From Myxococcota bacterium (GTDB taxonomy: Bacteria; Myxococcota; XYA12-FULL-58-9; JABJBS01): 44,807 nucleotides of DNA. Position numbers and translations under genes: made by a program. A model generated the notes under the pieces. The model saw only the letters and a list, made by a program, of their open reading frames with translations, ran no database searches and was not told the DNA's origin. Shown in pieces: positions 26,709 through 35,318 of the stretch (positions within the stretch are counted from its first letter, which is position 1; every line of letters starts with the position of its first letter). Location of the stretch: contig JAYZAY010000060.1 in NCBI GenBank assembly GCA_036339465.1, positions 1-44,807 on the forward strand. The letters are read 5' to 3'.

Positions 26709-27887
26709 TTAGAGCTTAAGGAGAACAGGCTCTTTTTGAAAGCGATGATTTCGAATGAGCAAGAGCCCAAAGCAGAGCAGGAAGAACCATGGCTTGGTCG
26801 AAGTTTGTTGGCAGCCGCCATTTTCTGAGACGGCGCCTATCTCGTCTCCCTGGGCTAAGGCATCACCTTGGTCATGGAGACTATTCTCTGGGGGCGGATC
26901 GTCGTAATAGCTGGGAGCAACGATGCCTTCGACGTCACACCACGCCCGAACTCCGTTTTTGCATCGGCTGACCATTTGCTCGTTCAACCAATTTCGCCAT
27001 GCGTCTACGCGAGTATCGATACCACCTTTCGCACAATCTTCATAATCGTAGGCATGGGAAGTTACCCCGATAACCCGTTGTTTGATTTTGTGTTGGGTCC
27101 AGACGTCCATATAAGTAGGACCTCCGGAGTCGCCATGACATTTTCGGGAGGTGGTTGAATTGCCGCCAATCTGCATTTCCATTTCGCCGATTTCGTTGAT
27201 GAAGGAGTCGGCGCACATTTTAATGCCCACTGAACCTGGCTCGGGCTGACTAAATGGGCTCGACCGCGCTGCGGTTTGTTGCCCCCAGCCGACGATTCCC
27301 ACATTGGTGCCCACTTTGATTTGACTCGCTTCATCCTCTGTGATGACCACGGCGGGTTGAATATCAAGGGCCGTATCGAGGAAGATAAGGCCGATGTCAT
27401 AGAAGTTTGCTGGGCCCGACACGTTTTGGGCTTGCATGGAATTTACGTTGAATTGGGGGTGGGCGATATAATCGACAACGCCGATCGAGGATTGGGGTAG
27501 GCTGGTAGCCATGCCGGTCATATGGCTTAGATCTGCTTGCGTCGATACGAAATAATCGGCGCGTTTCACGTCTCCAAAGCCCATGGTTAAAAGAGCGGGA
27601 TCTAAGCAGTGGGCTGCGGTTAAGACCACGTCAGGTGCAATGAGCGTGCCCGTGCAGGAGACCGCCTTAATCGCCTGCTCACCCCCCCAACCGCCCATGC
27701 TGATTTCGGCGTCAGTGAGGATAGCGAAAGAGCTTGGATAAACCCACTCTTCACAGCGGTCCCCATGGATGATGGCCGATTCTTGCGAGCCGTTAAGCTC
27801 GATATCGAGTTTTGTGATCTCGCTACCGCAAGCCACCACAAGACAAACCGCTACCAGGACACTGCTCCGGGCCGAGAAACGATACAT
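26709..27887 (-). CDS. Trypsin-like (S1) serine protease, lipoprotein with MYXO-CTERM-like tail
   Basis: Catalytic triad LTAAHC, YDIGL, CHGDSGGP; lipobox VVAC; C-terminal GGC-x-hydrophobic-basic tail. Confidence 0.9.
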   Translation of the reverse strand: MYRFSARSSVLVAVCLVVACGSEITKLDIELNGSQESAIIHGDRCEEWVYPSSFAILTDAEISMGGWGGEQAIKAVSCTGTLIAPDVVLTAAHCLDPALLTMGFGDVKRADYFVSTQADLSHMTGMATSLPQSSIGVVDYIAHPQFNVNSMQAQNVSGPANFYDIGLIFLDTALDIQPAVVITEDEASQIKVGTNVGIVGWGQQTAARSSPFSQPEPGSVGIKMCADSFINEIGEMEMQIGGNSTTSRKCHGDSGGPTYMDVWTQHKIKQRVIGVTSHAYDYEDCAKGGIDTRVDAWRNWLNEQMVSRCKNGVRAWCDVEGIVAPSYYDDPPPENSLHDQGDALAQGDEIGAVSENGGCQQTSTKPWFFLLCFGLLLIRNHRFQKEPVLLKL

Positions 27888-28045
27888 TGGGTCTCCTTTG
27901 TTCGATTTGGACAATGTAGACAGGCAAACTACACGCCAAAATAGGAGGTTACGTATCCGTTTGATTTAGGGCAAGGGAAAAAGAGCAATCACGGGAGAAA
28001 TTTTGTTCGGCATCTTCCAAAACGATGAAATCGCCTAAGGTGTTG

Positions 28046-28480
28046 TTATTGTATGAGAAATCCCTGAGTGAAGTGGAGTCTGTCGAATGAACGATTCAGG
28101 TTTTTACTGAAGAAATTGTCCTGGCTAAAATTTGTTCGGAAGCTGAGTCTTGACCCCGCTTTAAGTTTGGATTTAGGTCCGGCTACCCAATATCCTTTAC
28201 CAGTTTCGGTTTGAAGGTGGACGTAGGTGTATTTCTCGACCTGGAGGACTTCGAGGGCTTTGCCTTGGATGAGGTCTGTGTCGGTTTTAGCGGGGGGGGC
28301 TTGGAGAGATGGGGTCTTTGCACCCTGGGCTACGGGTTCTGTTTTTCTTGCTGATGAGCTTACGGTTTTTTCCGATCGGTGTTTTTGGGGTGGCGTACAA
28401 CCGCTGAAATTCACAACGGAAACCACGAGGACACCAACGGGTAGAAATCTTTTAAGGCTTGAGCTTGATGTGATCTGCAT
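28046..28480 (-). CDS. Small lipoprotein with OB-fold-like (NrfJ-like) domain
   Basis: Lipobox FSGC; GKALEVLQVEKYTYVHL...YWVAGP...FFSKNLNRSFDRLHF; SD AGGAG. Confidence 0.7.
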   Translation of the reverse strand: MQITSSSSLKRFLPVGVLVVSVVNFSGCTPPQKHRSEKTVSSSARKTEPVAQGAKTPSLQAPPAKTDTDLIQGKALEVLQVEKYTYVHLQTETGKGYWVAGPKSKLKAGSRLSFRTNFSQDNFFSKNLNRSFDRLHFTQGFLIQ

Positions 28481-28922
28481 GGGCGGCTCCTAACACAAAC
28501 AAGGCTCGATCGCGAGTGTATCCTCACATGGTTTTCTAGGTGCGTAAGTAAATATTTAAGGGTAGTCGGAGGAAAACGTCTCTTCTATTTCCCGAAATGG
28601 TCAATGTTCGCCGAAGTACGGCAGTCTTTCGAAGCAACCCACGGGCGCGTAGGCTCGATTTTCCAATGGGAGAACAGTTTCGTTTATCAAATCATGGTTG
28701 ATCAGGTTCTTGAAGTCTCTTCAACCGTTTGACAATGACTTCCTGACCGATTCTCTCGGTGGGCGTCTTGGTGGCCTTGCTCAAAACATTAGGGAAGGGC
28801 ATTTTGAACGGTTCGGCGGCGAGGTACTCAGGCTGTGGCCCTTGAAGGATACTCCTAATGACTTCTTGCTGGCGCGTGTGGGGCAATTTAATTTCTTGGT
28901 GATAAGGCTACTTTGCAAAGCC

Positions 28923-29540
28923 CTAGAGTTTAAGGATCAGTTGTAGGAGTTTGGCTACGTCGCTCTCTTGGTAATCCGGCTTGCTCAGCATAAACGATGC
29001 GTTGGCTGCTGATGGCTCCACAAAGTCGTCGTGCATGGGTTTGACGTGGCGTGACCATTGGGCCTTCACGCCGTCTTTGGTGCGCCCTCGTTCGACGGTG
29101 TCTCGTTGTAGTCGGCGACTGAAACGGATGCTCTCATCTATTTTGAGAAACACGGAAAAGTCGAGACATGAAACGACCTCTTGGGGATGAAGGATGAGGG
29201 TGCCGTCCACCAGGATGTAGGGCACGGGCGTTAGAAGCTCCGTTCTTGCAGACCGCTTGTGGCTGGCGAAATCATAGATCGGGACTTGGATGGTCCGACC
29301 CTCGCGAAGCTCTAGGAGATGTTGTGCCAGCAGAGAGAAATCGAGGGCTGAGGGATGGTCGAAGTTCACGCTTCCCCCATCGCCGTCAAAGCGGGTGCTT
29401 TGGTCGATGTAGTAGCGGTCCTGTTCTAGGAAGACGGCTGAGTTTGTGGGGAGCTTGGATAGAATCCTCTTGGCCAGGGTGGTTTTTCCCGATCCGCTAC
29501 CCCCGCTGAAGCCGATGATTTTTGGCAAGATGGGGCTCAC
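28923..29540 (-). CDS. udk: Uridine kinase
   Basis: IIGFSGGSGSGKTT, QDRYY, NFDHPSALD, PIYDF, RRLQRDTVERGR, MHDDFVEPS. Confidence 0.93.
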   Translation of the reverse strand: MSPILPKIIGFSGGSGSGKTTLAKRILSKLPTNSAVFLEQDRYYIDQSTRFDGDGGSVNFDHPSALDFSLLAQHLLELREGRTIQVPIYDFASHKRSARTELLTPVPYILVDGTLILHPQEVVSCLDFSVFLKIDESIRFSRRLQRDTVERGRTKDGVKAQWSRHVKPMHDDFVEPSAANASFMLSKPDYQESDVAKLLQLILKL

Positions 29541-30205
29541 TAGATATGGGTTCCGTAGAGCCGGTCGCCGGCATCGCCGAGGCCGGGAAGGATGTATCCC
29601 ATATCGTTGAGTTGTCGCTCCACCGAGAGGGTGTAAACTTCCAAGTCAGGATGACTTTCGTGAAGTTTGGCCAAGCCTTCGGGGGCCGCCAATACCGATA
29701 CGAAGCGAATGGTGCCCACTCCATATTGTTTGAGGCGGTCTACCGCGGCCACGGCGGTGTCGCCGGTGGCGATCAACGGATCGGCTAGGAGGACGGTGCG
29801 CCCTTTGATTTGTTGGGGCAGTCGAAAATAATATTCTACTGTCTGCTTGGTGAATTTGTCTCGGTAAATCCCAATATGGCCCACCCGCGAAAAAGGGAGC
29901 ATGCGCAGGAGACCGTCGAGCATTCCGTTGCCGGCCCGCATGATGGTGACGATGGCCATGTCGTCGGAAACCATGGGGGAGTGCGTGTCTTCCAATGGGG
30001 TGGAGATTTTTTTGGCTGTGGTGCCAAGATCTCGGGTGACCTCGTAGGCCATCAATGAGCTGAGCTGTTCTAAAACGCGACGGAATTCCATCGGTTGTGT
30101 TTCGGCGTCTCTCAGTTTTGTGAGGTTGTGGCTCAGAACTGGATGCCGGATAATTCTGCAAAAAGGTTCGTTGAGATGTGCTTCACTCATAGAAATAAAC
30201 TCCAT
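29540..30205 (-). CDS. upp: Uracil phosphoribosyltransferase
   Basis: IMRAGNGM, GHIGIYRD, LADPLIATG, GYILPGLGDAGDRLYGT. Confidence 0.96.
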   Translation of the reverse strand: MEFISMSEAHLNEPFCRIIRHPVLSHNLTKLRDAETQPMEFRRVLEQLSSLMAYEVTRDLGTTAKKISTPLEDTHSPMVSDDMAIVTIMRAGNGMLDGLLRMLPFSRVGHIGIYRDKFTKQTVEYYFRLPQQIKGRTVLLADPLIATGDTAVAAVDRLKQYGVGTIRFVSVLAAPEGLAKLHESHPDLEVYTLSVERQLNDMGYILPGLGDAGDRLYGTHI

Positions 30206-30210
30206 ACTTC

Positions 30211-31443
30211 TTAGAAGACGGTTCCGTCGGATTCAATGCGAATAGGGGGGGCGCCGTCGTCGCGTTTCTCCTTGGCTGCGATGCGACCCGCGCGCCAGGT
30301 TCCCCCCTCTAGGATTTTAACCAAGGGGAGAGCATGGGCATCCTTGTTTCGGAGGGTACGGATGCTTTCTGCTATTTTGTCGAGCAACACGATGGTGAGG
30401 GCCCGCCATTCGATGATGAATTCACTGGAAGGGGGATGGGCGACTTCGAGGAGGGAGGTATCTCGTAATGAGAGAACGCCCTGGTCTATGAAGAGACCGC
30501 CGTTTCGGTATTCCGCCAATCCGGTGAGTTGGTCCAGGTGGGTAATGGAGCATCCCTCGGCGACAAAACGATCCAGAAGCGAGTAGGTTAGCCATTGGGA
30601 GAGCTTGTGGAACGGCACAGCGCTGGTTTCATTCAGGTCGCTCCCAAAGGGTCTATAGTGCCACACGTCGCCTAGGGGCACGCCGTCTAGGGTGAGGCGG
30701 CTGGGCCAAATGGGACCGAGTCGGCGAAGCACCACCCAGAGAAGTTCTTGGGCATCTACGGGTTGTGAAATGTCGAGAAAATCATCAAAGAGGCTGGAGA
30801 GGCGAATGGGTGACTTTTCCGAGGATGGCCCCAAGAGGTGTCCAAGCTTCCTGAGTAGCGCAACTCGGCTCCGCCAACCGGGCAGAGGGTTTCTCTCGTC
30901 GTCCACTTGAAAAATTTTCCTGAAGGATTCATCGCAAAGGTTCATGAGCCCTTGGTGGTCCACTTGGAGAGAATGGGTGGCGTGGGAGGAAAGCTTGCCA
31001 GAACTGAATAGCTCGAAACTAGCGATGGCCAGGCCTTCGGAACGATTTAGGACGATGGTCTTGTCGTCTTGTTTGGCGCTGTAGCTCCATTTGGGGCCCG
31101 CGCCTGCGTCCACCAATACGGAAATGAGAACCAGTTCGAGATGGCTTCGGAGTCGTTGTTCATCGGTGAGGTGGGCGAGGACTCCTCGGAGTCTGAGGGC
31201 GCGTTCACCGCCGTCGGCGAGGAGATGGCCCCACCGCGCGTGGAAGGGAATGTCCCCTTGGGGATAGGCTTTGAGGATCACCTGGTTGACGAACTCGGCC
31301 ACAGTATCGAGCTTATCCTCGTGTACTTCAAAGTGGGTCCCTCCCTTTAAAGCGGCGTCATAGATCTTGCGGGCCTGAGATCGGATCCCTTGGGTGGATA
31401 GGATGAGATCTACTGCTTTTGAGGTTTCGCGCGGATTACTCAT
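30211..31443 (-). CDS. URC4/Urg3 family (DUF1688) uracil catabolism protein
   Basis: VLVDAGAGPKWSY, RSEGLAIAS, PFHKLSQWLTYSL, LTGLAEYRNGGLF, ILEGGTWRAGR, SDGTVF. Confidence 0.93.
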   Translation of the reverse strand: MSNPRETSKAVDLILSTQGIRSQARKIYDAALKGGTHFEVHEDKLDTVAEFVNQVILKAYPQGDIPFHARWGHLLADGGERALRLRGVLAHLTDEQRLRSHLELVLISVLVDAGAGPKWSYSAKQDDKTIVLNRSEGLAIASFELFSSGKLSSHATHSLQVDHQGLMNLCDESFRKIFQVDDERNPLPGWRSRVALLRKLGHLLGPSSEKSPIRLSSLFDDFLDISQPVDAQELLWVVLRRLGPIWPSRLTLDGVPLGDVWHYRPFGSDLNETSAVPFHKLSQWLTYSLLDRFVAEGCSITHLDQLTGLAEYRNGGLFIDQGVLSLRDTSLLEVAHPPSSEFIIEWRALTIVLLDKIAESIRTLRNKDAHALPLVKILEGGTWRAGRIAAKEKRDDGAPPIRIESDGTVF

Positions 31444-32692
31444 CGAGTTCCCTGCCTTTTACATCGCTGAGTTCATCGTCGCCTTTGATATCGCCTTCGG
31501 TATAGTAGCCCGCAGCTTTTTTGGCTTCCATCTCCACGAGGGCGTCCTGGGGGATCCGCTCGTCGGGAATGGCCACCCGTTCTTTAACCTCGATGCCGCT
31601 GCCGGCGATGGCGTCGTATTTCATGTCGCTCATGGAGATGAGTCGGTCGATTTTTGTAATGCCGAGCCAATGGAGTACGTCGGGCATTAATTCCTGAAAT
31701 CGGACGTCTTCGGTGCCCGCGACACATTCTGTCCGTTTGAAGTATTTGGCGGCAGTATCCCCGCCTTCTTGTCGCTTGCGGGCGTTGTAGACCAAGAACT
31801 TGGTTACTTCACCTAGGGCTCGGCCCTCCTTACGGAAGTAGACCACCAGCCCAACGCCACCATCCTGGGCGGTGCGAATCGCTTCTTCGATACCATGGAC
31901 TAGGTAGGGGCGGCAGGTGCAGATATCAGAACCAAAAACATCGGACCCGTTGCACTCGTCGTGCACTCGAATGGTGAGTTTTTTCTCGGGGTTGGAGAGG
32001 TCTTCGATTTTGCCGAAGACATAGGCCGTGATACTACCGATGGGGGGGAGCAGCATCTTGAGGTCAGGTCGGGTTACCAACTCGGGGAACATACCTCCAG
32101 TTTCCTGAAAGAGGATTTTTCGGAGGCTTCCCTCGTCCACACCGATGCGCTTGGCGATGCCGGGGAGATACCATACAGGCTCCACTGCCGCTTTGGTGAT
32201 GGCTACTTCCTTTTCGGATACCACGATTTGACCATCTATCTCAATTTCACCCCGTTGGATGAAATATCCGATTTCGGGCATGTTGATATGCCCTTTGGTG
32301 ACTGCGATGGTGGGGCGTATATCGTAACCTTTTTGGAAGTGGTCGTGATAGACCTCGTGTACCATGGCGCCCCAGGGATCCAGGGAAACAATCTTTTCTG
32401 GGTCAAACCAAGAGGGGTGAGGTCCTATTTGGGTTACGGGGGAGGTGTTGGTGAGATCCGGACGGTGGTCGGGATCCAGCTTGCCCGCGGCTGAGGAGAG
32501 GGCGCGGTAGACGGTGTAGCTGCCGCTGTGGCTGCCGATGGCATTGCGGTGTTTCATATTGGTGAGAGAAGCCACCACGGGGCCCCGCTCGGCGGGGGTT
32601 TTGTTGCCCCAGTCGATATCGGGTGATTCGTTAAAAATATGCCCGGGGTGGGATGTTAAAACGATATGTGAAGAACTATAAACTCGAGACAT
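31436..32692 (-). CDS. URC1/Urg1-type GTP cyclohydrolase II family protein
   Basis: N-terminal HRNAIGSHSGSYTVYRAL; Zn motif RVHDECNGSDVFGSDICTCRPYL; EGRALGEVTKFLVYNARKRQ; EMEAKKAAGY. Confidence 0.94.
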   Translation of the reverse strand: MSRVYSSSHIVLTSHPGHIFNESPDIDWGNKTPAERGPVVASLTNMKHRNAIGSHSGSYTVYRALSSAAGKLDPDHRPDLTNTSPVTQIGPHPSWFDPEKIVSLDPWGAMVHEVYHDHFQKGYDIRPTIAVTKGHINMPEIGYFIQRGEIEIDGQIVVSEKEVAITKAAVEPVWYLPGIAKRIGVDEGSLRKILFQETGGMFPELVTRPDLKMLLPPIGSITAYVFGKIEDLSNPEKKLTIRVHDECNGSDVFGSDICTCRPYLVHGIEEAIRTAQDGGVGLVVYFRKEGRALGEVTKFLVYNARKRQEGGDTAAKYFKRTECVAGTEDVRFQELMPDVLHWLGITKIDRLISMSDMKYDAIAGSGIEVKERVAIPDERIPQDALVEMEAKKAAGYYTEGDIKGDDELSDVKGRELDE

Positions 32693-32705
32693 TGCGATTT
32701 TTCCC

Positions 32706-34184
32706 TTAACTCATCCAGGTTTTGTCGTGGTTATTTCCCCACTTGGTGGTGACTTTCTTTTGATTGGTCCAAAAATCCAAGGAGCCGTGGCCGGTGATAT
32801 CCCCGTGTCCGAATTTGGAATCGTTGATGCCCCCAAATGAAAATGGCTCTCGGGGGACGGGTACACCCACGTTCACGCCCACCATTCCCGCCTTGGCGTG
32901 ATGGGTCACCAACTCGGCTACGGCACCGCTGGTGGTAAAGACCGAGGCGGCGTTGCCATAGGGGTTTTGGTTTTCGATTTGAATCGCTTCTTTTAGATTC
33001 TTGCAGCGGATCACCGTGAGCACGGGCCCGAAAAGCTCGCTTTGGGCGGCGTGTTGTTGAGGCTTGGCGTTGTCGATGATGGTGGGCGCCAACCAAAATC
33101 CCGCCTCTTGCTCAGCGGCGATGTGGGGTTTACGTCCATCCACCCGAATGGTGGCGCCGTCGCTTTCCGCTCGACCAATGGCCCCTTCCAGACGCTCGAG
33201 GGACTCGGAGGTGATAATGGCTCCCATGTCTTTGCCCAATTCCATGCTGGCGGCTTTGTCGGCGATTTGATTGAGCAAACCATCAATTTCACCCACGGCA
33301 AGGAGCACGCTTGCGGCCATGCACCTCTGGCCGGCACAGCCTGTAAAGGATTGCACGATACCATCGATGGTGATGTTGGGATCGGCATCGGGCATGAGGA
33401 TGATGTGATTTTTGGCTCCGCCGAGGGCGAGAACGCGTTTTTGGTGGGCCGTGCCTAGGGTGTAGACCTTTTGGGCCACGGCGGTGGATCCCACAAATCC
33501 CACGGCTTTGATACCATTGGCGGTGAGGATTTCCTGCGCGGCGCTGGCATCCCCCTGCACGATATTGAGGACCCCGTCGGGAAGTCCCGCTTCCTGGAAG
33601 GCTTTACCTATGGCCAGAGAGGTGAGGGGGGTCTTTTCGGAGGGTTTCCAAATGAAACAATTGCCCAGGGTGATGGAAATCGGCAACATCCACATGGGCA
33701 CCATAGCGGGAAAGTTGAACGGAGTGATGCCCGCGACCACGCCGAGGGGTTCCCGGCGGTATTCGCAGCGGACCCCCGTCGACACTTCCATACGGCCACC
33801 GAGATCGATGTTTTGGAGACTGATGGCAAATTCGAGTACTTCCACGCCCTTGAGGATCCCGGCGATGGATTCGGCGAAGGTTTTACCGGATTCTGCGGAG
33901 ATGTGATGGGCGATTGCTTCTTTATCGCGAAGTAGGATTTCCCGAAGTTTAAACATCACCTCGGATCGGGTCTTGATGGGCCTAGCCGACCAGGCGGGAA
34001 AAGCAGCGGTTGCAGCTTCGAGTGCTTGGTGCACGTCGTTGGGGGTGGAGTTATTTAAGTGGCCGATGACCGCGCCGTTGACAGGGCTGAGCACCGATAC
34101 CTCGGCGCCTTGGGCCTTTTGCCATCGCCCGCCGATGAAATTGCGACAGTCGATGGCTTTCTGTGGAATTTGAATTTGAGACAT
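32706..34184 (-). CDS. mmsA: CoA-acylating (methyl)malonate-semialdehyde dehydrogenase
   Basis: ITPFNFPAMVPMWM, KPSEKTP, GGAKNH, GCAGQRCMA, GVNVGVPVPREPFSFGG. Confidence 0.94.
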   Translation of the reverse strand: MSQIQIPQKAIDCRNFIGGRWQKAQGAEVSVLSPVNGAVIGHLNNSTPNDVHQALEAATAAFPAWSARPIKTRSEVMFKLREILLRDKEAIAHHISAESGKTFAESIAGILKGVEVLEFAISLQNIDLGGRMEVSTGVRCEYRREPLGVVAGITPFNFPAMVPMWMLPISITLGNCFIWKPSEKTPLTSLAIGKAFQEAGLPDGVLNIVQGDASAAQEILTANGIKAVGFVGSTAVAQKVYTLGTAHQKRVLALGGAKNHIILMPDADPNITIDGIVQSFTGCAGQRCMAASVLLAVGEIDGLLNQIADKAASMELGKDMGAIITSESLERLEGAIGRAESDGATIRVDGRKPHIAAEQEAGFWLAPTIIDNAKPQQHAAQSELFGPVLTVIRCKNLKEAIQIENQNPYGNAASVFTTSGAVAELVTHHAKAGMVGVNVGVPVPREPFSFGGINDSKFGHGDITGHGSLDFWTNQKKVTTKWGNNHDKTWMS

Positions 34185-34289
34185 GACTGTTCCTCGTTTT
34201 ACTGCGACCGGGTTACCTATCACCCGGTTTCTCAAAAGGAAAGATTTTTTGCCGACGATTTCCTAGGAGAAAGCGTGGCGTAAAGTATT

Positions 34290-35181
34290 ATTGGGGCTGG
34301 AGTCCCGAGCGATAACAATCCCTTATGGCCATTAAAGGCCAGATACTGAAGGCGTTGGAGAGATTCAAGTTATAGGGCCTTTTTAGTTTTTCCCTTCAGT
34401 ATTTACAGGCACTTAAGGGGGTTACTGGGCGGCTGTTGTTTGGGGACCCAATCATGGCCAATCGCGGGGTTAGGGAGATTAAGTAGACCTATGGTGACTA
34501 TGGGGTGATGCTTGGTGATTGGGTGGCGTTGTTTGGGGGTGCTGTAGTAGCTTAAGGTAGGCTGATGGCAAGCAACGATTGGCCTAAGAGAGGGGCGTTA
34601 TGGGACTGTCTACGGGGTGATTTGTCTCGCGTTGAGAATAGAAGGCTTGGCTTTTGCTTGTATCTTTTTGCGTTTCGTTTGCGCTTGTGTCGTTTATGGT
34701 GTGTCGGTTGCTTGAAGAGAGTTGACTCGCCCCAAGATTTGGCTTGTCCGAACGGAAGTCTGGGAAATACGCTATCCACCTCTCCAAATCCGCCGCCTCT
34801 AAACCCATTGGAATAGGGGGGGGAGGTGACACTATCTCGTGGATCTGGACAACGTTGTCTTGGGGCGAAGCCCATCTTACTGCTTTTTATTTGATTGGTC
34901 CCCACCTGTTGGCGCAAAATCACCGATAGGTTTGGGTTGGGTTTAAGTCTTAGATGAAGCGTCAAATTGATAAAAATTGTGGGAAGCGCTGCCCGCGGAC
35001 GGTTTGGAGATGCTAGTCGGTTTGTCTTAATTTGGCCTTTTAAAGCCAGGCAATGGCATGGGGAGAAGGGGGGGGAATCTGAAGCATGTGTGAGCGAGGT
35101 GAGTTCGAAGTCATAGATGCGGGTAGGATCGGGGATTTGGTGGTGACAACCGGGCTTTTATCTATCCACGGCCAGGATGGA
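34290..35181 (+). ncRNA. Candidate large structured non-coding RNA (unassigned)
   Basis: No credible ORF. Long-range helix 34441-34454/34892-34904 encloses perfect helices 34456-34464/34576-34584 and 34727-34737/34858-34868; separate 10-bp helix 34343-34352/34393-34402. Boundaries are approximate. Confidence 0.4.
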
Positions 35182-35318
35182 TTGACTTCCTAAGTATTTA
35201 AAAACACGGCTAAAAGAAGGTCGTTTTGTCTGGGGGAAGGGGTTGTGCAGAAGGGGCTGGATGTTTGGTCGTCGACTCAATAAAAGGAGCGCGCGATTTC
35301 ACCCTTTATGGAGGAAGC

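Noticed and set aside
31436..32692. Riboflavin biosynthesis ribA call
   Set aside because: URC1-type N-terminal domain and coupling to urc4/upp indicate uracil catabolism; no rib genes nearby.
34552..34965. Short ORFs in the mmsA-E1 spacer (137 aa, 82 aa and others)
   Set aside because: No SD, no recognisable motifs, mutually overlapping. A decayed gene around 34584-34886 cannot be fully excluded without BLASTX.
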